A stretch of 64,000 nucleotides of DNA, from positions 23,605-87,604 of the forward strand of contig JANOTL010000130.1 in assembly GCA_031416315.1 (NCBI GenBank), given 5' to 3'. The translations under genes and the position numbers were made by a program. The notes under the pieces are model-generated. The model had not been told where the DNA came from and made no database searches. It saw nothing but the letters and a program-made list of their open reading frames with translations. The stretch is from Pseudomonadota bacterium. GTDB lineage: Bacteria > Bdellovibrionota_B > Oligoflexia > Oligoflexales > CAIYRB01. Shown piece by piece: positions 34,993 through 44,266 of the stretch. Every line of letters begins with the position of its first letter. Within the stretch, counting starts at the first letter, position 1.

Positions 34993-36216
34993 ATGCGGAC
35001 TTTCACGTATCTCGTCCTATCGGTCCTCGCCGTCGCGCCCGAAGCCCTCGCGTTCGAGAACGCCAAGGTCTTGCCGCCCGGCGTGCGCAACCTCAACGTT
35101 CGCCAGGTGAACACCAACATCTCGGCGAAGACCGACGGCAACGCCGACGCGCAGCCTTTGGCCCAGCCCTTGATGCAAGACCTCACCTTCGCGAAGATCG
35201 CGCAGGGCGAGAACGATCTCAAGGCCGCGCAGCTGAAGGCCTTTCTGCTCACCAACGGCTTCGACGAGAACGCCGCCGTCGGCTCTTTCGTGGCCGACCT
35301 CAAGGGCAACCTCGCGGTCACGGCCGGCATTGCTTCCTACGGCGTCTCCTCCAACGTGACGTTGGCGCTCGCGGTGCCGTACTACCGCGCCTCGACCTCG
35401 CTCGCCGTCGGCTTCGTGCCGAACGCGACCGGACAGGCCTTTCTCGACAGCCTCGCGAAGCCGGAAAACAACAACACCGTCTCGGCCCGTGAGGCCGGCG
35501 CCAAGCTCAATGACGCCGTCGGGCGTTTGAACACCAAGCTTGCCGACAACGGGTACCGTGAGCTGGAGAACTGGAACGACCGCGGCTTAGGCGACGTCAC
35601 CCTCGCCGCCAAGGCCCGCGTCTACGAAAGTGGCGGCGTCGCCTTGGCCACCACCTCGGGCTTCGTCGCGCCGACGGGCCGCGTCGACGATCCGAACATC
35701 CTGAACGACGTGGCCTTCGGCGACGGCCAGTGGGACGTTTTCGGCCAGCTCGCGCTCGACGAGGACTTGGGCCTGGGCTTCGGCCTAAACCAGTTCGCGA
35801 AGTACACGGTGCAGCTCCCGGCGGAGCGCCAAGTGCGCGCGGCGACCAAGGCCGAGTCGATCGAGGTCGACCTCGTCAAAGCCGACGTCAAGCTCGGCGA
35901 CAAGTACGATGCCGGCGCCTCCCTCCAGTACGGCGCAGGCAACGGCTTCCTCGCCGGCGTCGGCGGCACCTACTTCAAGAAAGTCGGCGACGTGTACCGC
36001 GGCCTCGAGCCGGACGTGAAGGCAAAGCTCCAGGACGGCACCGACCAGCAAGCGTTGAACTCGGAGCTCTGCGTCGGCTTCAGCACCGTCCCGCACTACC
36101 AAGCCAAGCGTTTTGCGATCCCCTTCGAAGTGAAGATGACCTACGCGAAGCAGGCGATGAGCCGGAACATGCCGATCACCGACCTCGCCCAGATCGACCT
36201 CAACCTGTTCTTCTGA
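34993..36216 (+). CDS. Putative outer-membrane beta-barrel protein (MetA/phenol-degradation channel-like)
   Basis: Signal peptide ALA; GLGDVTLAAK, APTGRVDD, FGDGQWD; C-terminal IDLNLFF beta-signal. Confidence 0.7.
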   Translation: MRTFTYLVLSVLAVAPEALAFENAKVLPPGVRNLNVRQVNTNISAKTDGNADAQPLAQPLMQDLTFAKIAQGENDLKAAQLKAFLLTNGFDENAAVGSFVADLKGNLAVTAGIASYGVSSNVTLALAVPYYRASTSLAVGFVPNATGQAFLDSLAKPENNNTVSAREAGAKLNDAVGRLNTKLADNGYRELENWNDRGLGDVTLAAKARVYESGGVALATTSGFVAPTGRVDDPNILNDVAFGDGQWDVFGQLALDEDLGLGFGLNQFAKYTVQLPAERQVRAATKAESIEVDLVKADVKLGDKYDAGASLQYGAGNGFLAGVGGTYFKKVGDVYRGLEPDVKAKLQDGTDQQALNSELCVGFSTVPHYQAKRFAIPFEVKMTYAKQAMSRNMPITDLAQIDLNLFF

Positions 36217-36226
36217 GAAGAAAAAC

Positions 36227-38167
36227 ATGAAATATATCATTAGTTTGACCTTAATCTGCGCGGCCGCTCTCGCTGGCTGCGAAAGCGCCAACAACGAAAA
36301 GCGGCTTACGGCGACCCCGCAACCTCGCGGCACGCTCCGTCTGCCCGAGCCCACCGATCAAGGAGCGCCATTGGCGCTGACCGGCGGCGAGCTCGCGACG
36401 CAGTTCGGCGGCAGCCTGCTTTTCTGGGCGGACGGCGTCTCGAAAGAGCAGATCGCCGCGATCTCCGACGCCTCGGTCGAAGGCCGCCTGGCGAAGGCCG
36501 CGGACATGGATTACCGCTTCGCGACGCTGAAGCTCACCGACGCGAAGATCGCCACGCTCGAAGGCGAGATCACGGCCGTCGACGCCGCGATTCAACAAGC
36601 GAAGCTCGACAACCGCGACTCCGACTTCGCGCGGGACCTGCAGAAAGGCCTCGCGGCCCGCTGGTTCGAGCGGCGCGTCGAGGAGCTCCAGACGGCGGGC
36701 GTCGTCGATGCCGCCGCCGGCGCCGCGGCCCTTGGCGCGTTCCAAGGTTACTGCGAGTTCAAGCTTTACGAGCTCGCGACGAGCCGTTTGATCCAGCTCG
36801 ACTACGCAAAGAGGCCGACGCCGCTCTCGATGTGCGAGGCTTATTATGCCTCGCGCCAAATGTTCACGGGACCGAGCTGCGAAGGCGGCCAAGGCAAGTA
36901 CTTCGCCTGCCTGTGGCAGGAAGGCGTGGTGAAATCACAGACCTTCGCCGCGCTCGAAGCGCACAATCCCACGGGCGCGGACTGCGCTAAGAGCGGCCAG
37001 AAGCGCGCGGCGGCGCTCCGCGCCTGGCTCGCGAGCGGTACGCTCGAGCGGCTCGTCTTCGACAACGACGAGAAGCCGATCGACCGCAAGACTTACGCGC
37101 AGCTCTTTGAGGCCGCTTTTCTCGGCGGCAAAGCGCTCAACATGACCAAGATCAGCCTCAAGAAGGTGGACGGCCAAGCCGTCTACCCAGACGTCGCCGC
37201 TTGCAAGTCGGTCGTCATCCGCGCCGATCTCGGCGCCCTGACCTGGACGGAAGCCGAGCTCGGCGATCTGAAGGCGATCGGCGAGTCCGCTGCCGGTCAG
37301 GCGCAGAAGTACACGATTTTTGCGGCCTTCGAGGGTGAGGCGGCCGAGACTGCGGAGCCGAAGCAGGCGGTGATCGAGAACCTCCGCCTTTACGCCGAGC
37401 GCAACACCGGCTCGCTCGGCGACCAGGCCGACGTCCTCGTCAGCGTCGACGACGCCTTCTTCAACCGACCGATCGACCTGGCCCTGGTCGCCAACGCGCA
37501 AAACGTCGCCAACGTGAAGAGTGATGCCGCCTTCGCCGAGCTCTTCGCCATCGACGATCAACTCGTCCCCCAGGAGCTGCGCGACCAGCTCGCGACGCTG
37601 GCCGAGAACGCCACGGCGCTCCAGGCGCAAAGGGACCTCGAGGCCGCCGAGGCGGCTGTCCGCTTTCAACGCATCAGCGACGCCAACGTCGCCGGCATCA
37701 ACGCGCTCGGCGCGCCAGGCGCCCTGGAGATGTCGCGCAAGCTCGTCCTTGGCCTCGTCACCGACGGCGCCGTTCTGAGCGCGAGCTTTCAAGTCGGCGG
37801 CGGCACGAAGTACCGCGGCTGCGTCGATCTCGCGTCCGGCCTCCCGGTCGCCTGCGGCGACGCCGATCCGAGCGACGCCCTCCTGCAGGGATTAGCCTAC
37901 GATTCGGGCACCGGCAAAGTGACGCTCTCGGGCGTGCTGCTCGATCCGGAGGCAGCCGGCTTCGGCTTCCGCGCGCGCGCTCCGGGCGACACGGACTTCA
38001 ACGACAGGGACGCGAGCCAGTATGCCTCGCGCACCTTGCGGCTCGAGATTTACGCCAACCGCATCGGCGAGCGTTTCCAGTTCCTCAGCGGCAACGCCAA
38101 GCTGGAGGCGGCGTCGGGCAAGGTCGAGCGGGAAGGCAGCTTCTCCGCCGACGCTTATCGCCAGTGA
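36227..38167 (+). CDS. Large lipoprotein with coiled coils, unknown function
   Basis: Lipobox LAGC; two coiled-coil-like segments and several Cys. Confidence 0.8.
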   Translation: MKYIISLTLICAAALAGCESANNEKRLTATPQPRGTLRLPEPTDQGAPLALTGGELATQFGGSLLFWADGVSKEQIAAISDASVEGRLAKAADMDYRFATLKLTDAKIATLEGEITAVDAAIQQAKLDNRDSDFARDLQKGLAARWFERRVEELQTAGVVDAAAGAAALGAFQGYCEFKLYELATSRLIQLDYAKRPTPLSMCEAYYASRQMFTGPSCEGGQGKYFACLWQEGVVKSQTFAALEAHNPTGADCAKSGQKRAAALRAWLASGTLERLVFDNDEKPIDRKTYAQLFEAAFLGGKALNMTKISLKKVDGQAVYPDVAACKSVVIRADLGALTWTEAELGDLKAIGESAAGQAQKYTIFAAFEGEAAETAEPKQAVIENLRLYAERNTGSLGDQADVLVSVDDAFFNRPIDLALVANAQNVANVKSDAAFAELFAIDDQLVPQELRDQLATLAENATALQAQRDLEAAEAAVRFQRISDANVAGINALGAPGALEMSRKLVLGLVTDGAVLSASFQVGGGTKYRGCVDLASGLPVACGDADPSDALLQGLAYDSGTGKVTLSGVLLDPEAAGFGFRARAPGDTDFNDRDASQYASRTLRLEIYANRIGERFQFLSGNAKLEAASGKVEREGSFSADAYRQ

Positions 38168-38243
38168 TCCTGGCTTATGGGTCGGGCAAGCGAAAATGAT
38201 GAAAAGATCTTGCGGCCACGGTCTTTTGCGCTAGATTGTTCCC

Positions 38244-38330
38244 ACGAATTGAATCTGTTTTGACGACACCCCCCCTATCATGTCGTCAAGTCTCATGAAG
38301 GCCCATCCCCCCGGATGGGCCTTTCTTTGT
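38244..38330 (+). ncRNA. Candidate small RNA with two C-rich-loop hairpins
   Basis: Promoter-like TTGCGG(38210)-16-TAGATT(38232); hairpin TTGACGACA/TGTCGTCAA with CCCCCCCTATCA loop; hairpin AAGGCCCATCC/GGATGGGCCTT with CCCC loop and T-tail. Confidence 0.45.
38298..38330 (+). terminator. Rho-independent terminator
   Basis: Perfect 11-bp stem 38298-38323 followed by TCTTTGT. Confidence 0.8.
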
Positions 38331-38363
38331 CTGCCATCCCCTCCGCGCCCTTCGCGCCGTCGC

Positions 38364-39917
38364 TTATGACCCGATGGCCTTCTTTTTGGCCAAATCGAGC
38401 ACATGCCCCGCCTTGTCCTCGTCCGGCTTCGTATTCGCCTCGGTGATCCCGGCCGTCGACGAGATCTCTCCGTCTGCCGGAGGGTCGCCGATCTCGCCGT
38501 TCGGAAAGAGCTTGTTCAACGCGTTGAACGCCGCGATGCGATACGCCTCGGCCAAGGTCGGGTAGTTGAACACCATGTCGACCAAGTCCTGCGCATGGCC
38601 GCCCTTCTGCATGAAGGCCAGGCCGATGTGGATCAAGTTGCAGGCGTCGTGGCCAAGGATGTGAAGACCCAAGATCTTGTGGGTTTTCGAGCACACCAGA
38701 AGCTTCAGTAGACCGTGGTCGTCGCCGCGGATGAAGCCCCTCGCGACTTCGGCGTAATGCGCCCGACCGACGACGAACTCGACGCCTTTGGTGATGAGGT
38801 CTTGCTCCGACTCGCCGACGCTCGAAAGCTCGGGGATCGTATAGATGCCGATCGGAAAGACCTTCGGGAAAGCCTGCACGCGTTGCCCGAACATGTGGCA
38901 GGCCGCGTGCCGACCTTGCGCGGCGGAGGTCGCGGCCAAGGCGGGGGAGCCGATGTTGTCGCCCGCGGCGTAGATGTTCGGGATGTTGGTCTGGAAGTTG
39001 TCGTTGACGACGATCTCGCCGCGATCGGTGGCCTTGATCCCAAGGCGCTCGAGGCCCAGGCGATCGGTGTTCGGCACCCGTCCGGCGGCGAAGAAGAGGA
39101 CCTCGGCCTCGAGGTTCGCGTCGTTCTCCAGCTTCAGCAAGGTCGAGGCGCCGCGGATCTTCACTTCCTTGTACTTCGAGCCAAGGACAAACTTGATGCC
39201 GATCTCTTCCATCGCCGCCTTCAGGGCGAGCGCGGCCTCCTGATCGACGTACTGCATGATCGTGCCGCGGCCGTCGATCAGCGTCGTGTCGACGCCGAGG
39301 AGGCGCAGGATGCAGGCGTATTCGCAGCCGATGACGCCGGCGCCGTAGATCAAGACCGACTTCGGCACGGCCTCGAGCCGGAGGACCTCGTCGGCGTCGA
39401 CGACGCGCCAGCCGTCGAACGGAATCTCCGCCGGGCGTCGCGGGCGCGACCCGGTGGCGATCAAGATGTGCTTGCCGCGCACGAGGCGCGCGTTCGAGTC
39501 GGGCTGCGCGACGCGCACCGTCCAACGGTCCTCGAGCGTCGCGAAGCCCTCGATGATCTCGATTTTGTAGCGCTCGAAGTAGCGTCGAACGATGCCTTCC
39601 TCGTACTGCGACACCTTGAGCGCGTGACCCAGGAGCTTCGGCGTCGACAGGTCGCGGATGATGCGCTCGACCCATTTGCTGCCGGCGTGAAAGCGGATCG
39701 AGTGGATCGCCTCCATGCTTTCCCGCAAAGTTTTCGAGGGAATCGTGCCGGTGTGGATCCAGGCGCCGCCGAGGCGTGAGGGCGTCATCTCGACGACGGC
39801 GACGGACTTCGACAGCTTCGCGGCCTGCACCGCGGCGCGATAGCCGGCCGGTCCGGAGCCGATGATGACGAGATCGTATTCCTGAACGGGGAGTGATTCG
39901 TTCGGAGCATCGGCCAT
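38364..39917 (-). CDS. sthA: Soluble pyridine nucleotide transhydrogenase
   Basis: IGSGPAG, HTGTIPSKTLRE without the redox-active CxxxxC, GIYTIPELS, FNYPTLAEAYRIAAFN. Confidence 0.9.
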   Translation of the reverse strand: MADAPNESLPVQEYDLVIIGSGPAGYRAAVQAAKLSKSVAVVEMTPSRLGGAWIHTGTIPSKTLRESMEAIHSIRFHAGSKWVERIIRDLSTPKLLGHALKVSQYEEGIVRRYFERYKIEIIEGFATLEDRWTVRVAQPDSNARLVRGKHILIATGSRPRRPAEIPFDGWRVVDADEVLRLEAVPKSVLIYGAGVIGCEYACILRLLGVDTTLIDGRGTIMQYVDQEAALALKAAMEEIGIKFVLGSKYKEVKIRGASTLLKLENDANLEAEVLFFAAGRVPNTDRLGLERLGIKATDRGEIVVNDNFQTNIPNIYAAGDNIGSPALAATSAAQGRHAACHMFGQRVQAFPKVFPIGIYTIPELSSVGESEQDLITKGVEFVVGRAHYAEVARGFIRGDDHGLLKLLVCSKTHKILGLHILGHDACNLIHIGLAFMQKGGHAQDLVDMVFNYPTLAEAYRIAAFNALNKLFPNGEIGDPPADGEISSTAGITEANTKPDEDKAGHVLDLAKKKAIGS

Positions 39918-40213
39918 GGAAGAGGATCCTCGGGAGGGAGCGCGTGTCAGACTTCCCGCATGAGCTGGACGCGGTCGTCGTCGTCGATGCGCTCGTCGGA
40001 CTTCGGTGGGCGGTGATCTCCGCGACGGCGTTAGCGATCGTGGATGTCCTCACTACATATTACACCACTGGACTATTGGATTACGGCCAAGCGCTCGGGC
40101 TCGTCCCGGCGTGTCTCATCCATGCCGCGCCGGTCCGGCTCGGCTCGGTTCGGCGCGGCGTCGCGACGGCCCGTCTTAATCCTTCGCAGATCATTCAATT
40201 TTCTCGCAAAGCT

Positions 40214-40222
40214 TGTTAGAAT
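40214..40222 (+). promoter_or_regulatory. Extended -10 promoter
   Basis: TGTTAGAAT upstream of ATG 40276. Confidence 0.45.
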
Positions 40223-40275
40223 CCCCCCACGACACCAAGCGACACCTTTGAAATTGCATTGCGAGAGCTGTACGG

Positions 40276-41397
40276 ATGAATGACTTCAGCTCTGAGCCCG
40301 GCGCGGCCCGGGCCTTTCCTGCCGCTTTTCTGAGCGATCGTCTGCCCCGTGTGCCTGGGCTGGCGCTCCGCGGCAACGGCGTGCTCGCGCGTCGTCAACG
40401 AGGTTACGAGCTCGGCCTTCCGCGCTTCGCCGAGGCTCGCGGTCGGCTCATGCCGCTCGTGGTCGCGGTCGGCGGCGGCAAAGGCGGCGTCGGCAAGAGC
40501 TTGGTCGCCGCGAACCTCGCCGTCCGGTTTGCGCACGCCGGCCTCAAGACCTTGGCCGTCGACCTCGACGTCGGCGGCGCCAACCTGCACACGTATTTCG
40601 CGGTCGGGCAGCCGACGGCGATCTGGCCGGAGGCCGTCGTCCTCCAGACGAAGCCCCTTCGTGACGTGATCCAAGTCACGGGCGTCCCCAACGCCCGCTT
40701 CCTCGCCGGCGGGCGCGAGGAGGTCTGGGGCGGCGCCGCGGCCCTCGACTCCGTCGCCTTGACCCGCCTTTGGAACGGGTTCGCCGACCTCGCCGAATCG
40801 GGCGAGGTCGACGTCGTCATCCTGGACCTGGGCGCCGGCTCGGGCCGCCAGACGGTGGAGTTTTTCACGTCGGCGCACCTGTCGCTCCTGACGGCCCTAC
40901 CCGAGCCGACATCGATCGAGAACGCCTACGCCTTCCTGAAGGCGGTGCTCTTGACCCTGATCGATCAGGTCGGGGAGCGCACCCACTCGGAGCACTTGGT
41001 GCCCGAGATCAAAGCGCTTTTGTGCGGCTCGGGCGCGCGTGGCTACGCCGAGCGGCTCGCCGCCGCCGCCACGCTCTACCCCGGCTTCGTGGCGCAGATT
41101 CGCGCCGCTTTCGCCGGCCGCGTCACGGGGATCGTGGTCAATCAAATTCGTTGTCAGAAGGACATCGATGTGGGTAAATCCATGGAACTGATCGGAGAAC
41201 GGTACTTCGGGCTGGATTGCCGCTTTCTCGGCCACCTCAACTACGACGAGGCGGCTTGGAAGGCCCTACGCAATCGGCGGATGCTGGCCCTCGACTTTCC
41301 TCACTCGGCGCTAGCGCTGCGCTTAGCCGAGGTCGCACGCCAGGCGTTGTCTTCTTTGGGTCTCCCGGAGGTGCATGGTGCAGACAGGATCCGTTGA
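40276..41397 (+). CDS. MinD/FlhG/FleN-like P-loop ATPase
   Basis: Deviant Walker A GGGKGGVGKS, VDLDVGGANLHT, LDLGAG, PEPTSIENAY; start may be ATG 40450. Confidence 0.9.
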   Translation: MNDFSSEPGAARAFPAAFLSDRLPRVPGLALRGNGVLARRQRGYELGLPRFAEARGRLMPLVVAVGGGKGGVGKSLVAANLAVRFAHAGLKTLAVDLDVGGANLHTYFAVGQPTAIWPEAVVLQTKPLRDVIQVTGVPNARFLAGGREEVWGGAAALDSVALTRLWNGFADLAESGEVDVVILDLGAGSGRQTVEFFTSAHLSLLTALPEPTSIENAYAFLKAVLLTLIDQVGERTHSEHLVPEIKALLCGSGARGYAERLAAAATLYPGFVAQIRAAFAGRVTGIVVNQIRCQKDIDVGKSMELIGERYFGLDCRFLGHLNYDEAAWKALRNRRMLALDFPHSALALRLAEVARQALSSLGLPEVHGADRIR

Positions 41398-42067
41398 ACA
41401 GCCGAACTATTATGCGATCCTGGACGTCGAGCCGAAGGCGACGCGCGCCGAGCTGCGCGAGGCCTTCCTTCGCGTGAAGAGCGCCTTCAGCGCCGGTAGC
41501 GCCGCGCTCTATTCGCTGATCGACGAGGACGAGGCGCGCGCGCAGCTGGCGCAAGCCGAGGAAGCATTCAAGATCCTGAACGACGACGTGCGACGCCGCG
41601 ACTACGACCTGAGAATGGGCTACATCCGCTCCGGCGCCACCTCAGAGCGACTCTTCGCGGCCGAGATGCTCGGCGTCGAGAAGGCGGCCTATGACCCCCA
41701 CGTCTTGAAGACGACCCGCTCCAACCTCCCCATCACCAAGCTCCACGCCTCCAACGCCGGTGCACTGGACCTGAAGCGTCGCTACGAAGAGATGCTCCAG
41801 GCCGGCGATCCCGCCGACGGCGACCTTTACAAGCGCCTCCGCGAGGCCGCCGAGGTCGCCGAGGACGAGATGGTCGAGCGCACGAAGGTGTCGATCACCC
41901 ACGTCCGCGCGATCGAGACGAATCGCTTCGAACGGCTCCCGCAGGCAGTTTATGTGAAGGGCTTCCTGCGCGCCTATTTCCGCTATCTCGACGTGCCAGA
42001 CGCCGAGAGGCTCGCCAACGCCTTCGCCACGAGGCTCGGGGATTGGCAAGCGAACAAGAAGAGCTGA
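41375..42067 (+). CDS. J-domain-like plus RodZ-type HTH protein
   Basis: NYYAILDV...EEAFKIL...RRRDYD (J-domain without HPD); C-terminal LREA...RTKVS...IE..RFERLPQAVYVKGFLRAY. Confidence 0.85.
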   Translation: MVQTGSVEQPNYYAILDVEPKATRAELREAFLRVKSAFSAGSAALYSLIDEDEARAQLAQAEEAFKILNDDVRRRDYDLRMGYIRSGATSERLFAAEMLGVEKAAYDPHVLKTTRSNLPITKLHASNAGALDLKRRYEEMLQAGDPADGDLYKRLREAAEVAEDEMVERTKVSITHVRAIETNRFERLPQAVYVKGFLRAYFRYLDVPDAERLANAFATRLGDWQANKKS

Positions 42068-43116
42068 AGCTCACCGCGCCCGCCGAGGCGCACGGCAGCC
42101 GCATCGACAAATACCTGGCAGAGGCTCTGGCTTCGCAGGGACTGTCGCGCTCGAAGCTCCAAGCGCTGATCGAGGCCGGCTCGGTCTCGGTCAACGGCAC
42201 GGTCGTCCGCGCCAAACATCTTCTGCGCGAAGGTGACCTCATCGAGCTCAGCGCCACCACCATGAAGGCGGAGGCCGCCGGTCCCACGCTCACGCCCGTG
42301 GCGATGAGCTTGGACATTCTTTATGAGGACGAGCACCTTCTGGTGGTGAACAAGGCCGCGGGAATCTCCGTTCACCCCGGCGCGGGGACGCATGAGCCGA
42401 CCCTCGTCGAGGGCCTTCTCCACCACTGCGGTGGCCGCCTCGCGAAGCCCGTCGGCTCCGAAGAGGACGACGACGCGGACGACGACGCCAACTCCGTGCG
42501 GCCCGGAATCGTCCACCGTCTCGACAAGGACACGACTGGCGCGCTGGTCGTGGCGAAGTCGGATCGGGCGCACGCGGCGCTCTCAAAGCAGTTCCACGAC
42601 AAGACGAACGAGCGCGAGTACATGGCGCTGCTCGACGGACGGATGCCAGAGCATACGATCGTGGTCGAGAGCTACCTCTTCCGCGACCCGGAGCGCCGTA
42701 CGAAGTTCGCGGCCGTCACCATGGCCGACTACGCGATCCTCGAGAAGTCGGGAGCGCTGGGTGGCCGCCGCTATCGTTACGCGAAGACGACGTTCACGCG
42801 CGTCGCCGACTTGCACGATCGCTTGACGCTCGCGCGCGTGCATCTGCACACGGGGCGCACGCATCAGATCCGCGTCCATGCGGCCGCGCTGCGCTTGCCC
42901 GTGATCGGCGACGGCCTTTATGGTCGCGCCCTCGCCCTGCCCACGGGCTTTCCGCCGGCCCTCGCCATGCGCCTCAGGCAGGTCGGTCGGCAACTTCTGC
43001 ACGCTCGGACTCTGGGTTTCGTCCACCCGGCGACCGAAAAACCGGTTCGCTTTGAGGCGCCGTATCCCGCTGATTTTAAACAAATATTGACCGACTTGGG
43101 CATTCCCGCCACCTGA
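42043..43116 (+). CDS. rluD: 23S rRNA pseudouridine synthase (RluD family)
   Basis: S4 domain RIDKYLA; NKAAGISVHPG, RPGIVHRLDKDTTG, TGRTHQIRVH, QLLHA. Confidence 0.9.
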   Translation: MASEQEELKLTAPAEAHGSRIDKYLAEALASQGLSRSKLQALIEAGSVSVNGTVVRAKHLLREGDLIELSATTMKAEAAGPTLTPVAMSLDILYEDEHLLVVNKAAGISVHPGAGTHEPTLVEGLLHHCGGRLAKPVGSEEDDDADDDANSVRPGIVHRLDKDTTGALVVAKSDRAHAALSKQFHDKTNEREYMALLDGRMPEHTIVVESYLFRDPERRTKFAAVTMADYAILEKSGALGGRRYRYAKTTFTRVADLHDRLTLARVHLHTGRTHQIRVHAAALRLPVIGDGLYGRALALPTGFPPALAMRLRQVGRQLLHARTLGFVHPATEKPVRFEAPYPADFKQILTDLGIPAT

Positions 43117-43234
43117 AGGCCATGGGCCGTAGGGTTTTGGCGTTGAGGCCAGCTATTGTTTGCTCGCCTTCATTCGGAAAATAATGAAGGGTGAGCTTTT
43201 CATGGTGCGTCCCCGCTTCGGGAGCCGACTCTTG

Positions 43235-44257
43235 ATGCAGTCCCTCCGTCTTCTCGTTGTTCCGATCCTTCTCGCAGCCGAGATCGGGCTTGCCGCCACG
43301 GGCTCCTCGCCCGGTGCCGTCATGCCGACCAAAGGCGCGGTCGAGAACACCGCCGTGCGTTCCGACATGATGCTGCTGATGGTCGACAAGGGCTCGCTCG
43401 AAGCGAAGCTCATGACCTGGCCGGCGGACCCGACGGCGGCGAGGCTCCTCCGAAGCTTCCGCATCGCCATCGGCAAGGGCGAGGGCGACAAAGAGCGCGA
43501 AGGCGACAATCGCACGCCCGAGGGCGTGTACTTTGCGCAGTCGCACATCAACGGCTCCACGCTCCCGAACAAGTACGGCCCGCGCGCGATCCCGATCGAC
43601 TTCCCGAACCCCATCGACCAGATCTCGGGCAAGACCGGTCACGGCATCTGGCTGCACGGCGTCGAGCGCGATAGTCGCATCGAAGAGGCGAAGGTCACCG
43701 AGGGCTGCGTCGCCTTCTACAACGCCGACATCGACCGACTCTCGGCCTGGCTGCGCTCGCATCAAGGCGTCGTCGTCATCGCCGGCGACACCGGGGCCGT
43801 CAACGCTCAGCCCGACGTCGACCGCGTTCGCGAGCGCACCGTCGCTTGGATGAACGCGTGGGCCGACCGCAAGATCGACGACTACATGAGCTTCTATGCG
43901 CCCGACTTTCGCTTCGCCTCTTACGATCTGAAGAGCTACGCCGCGTACAAAGGACGCGTGTTCAATAGTTATAAAGTGATGAGTGTGACCTACGACAATC
44001 TGCGCGTCGTCACCCATCCCAAGTACGCCGTCAGCTTCTTCAACCAGGACTTCCAGGGCGATCGCCATTTCTCGTCGATCGGCCGGAAGATCTTGTACTG
44101 GGAAAAAGGCGCGGACGGCGACTGGCACATCAAGCGCGAGGTTTTCGAGAATCGTCGCTTCGAGTCGGTGACCTTCACCGAGTCCGAACTGGCGTTGCTT
44201 TCAGCGGACGTCTCGGGTAATTCTACGGAGAAAGATCAAAAAACTCCGAACCTTTAG
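43235..44257 (+). CDS. L,D-transpeptidase/carboxypeptidase with C-terminal NTF2-like domain (Csd6/Pgp2/Bd1075-like)
   Basis: GDKEREGDNRTPEGVY, GIWLHG, TEGCVA; C-terminal W..AW...Y..FY...F.QDF...GRKILYW....W.I..E; start uncertain (43184/43202/43235). Confidence 0.85.
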   Translation: MQSLRLLVVPILLAAEIGLAATGSSPGAVMPTKGAVENTAVRSDMMLLMVDKGSLEAKLMTWPADPTAARLLRSFRIAIGKGEGDKEREGDNRTPEGVYFAQSHINGSTLPNKYGPRAIPIDFPNPIDQISGKTGHGIWLHGVERDSRIEEAKVTEGCVAFYNADIDRLSAWLRSHQGVVVIAGDTGAVNAQPDVDRVRERTVAWMNAWADRKIDDYMSFYAPDFRFASYDLKSYAAYKGRVFNSYKVMSVTYDNLRVVTHPKYAVSFFNQDFQGDRHFSSIGRKILYWEKGADGDWHIKREVFENRRFESVTFTESELALLSADVSGNSTEKDQKTPNL

Positions 44258-44266
44258 GATCCCCCG

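Noticed and set aside
39945..40030. Minus-strand peptide-like stretch (KSDERIDDDDRVQLMREV) upstream of sthA
   Set aside because: Preceded by an in-frame TAA with no start codon or RBS before the motif.
40276..41397. Calling this gene flhG or minD, or calling 48022 fliG
   Set aside because: No flagellar or min genes adjacent and the domain architectures are non-canonical, so symbols were withheld.
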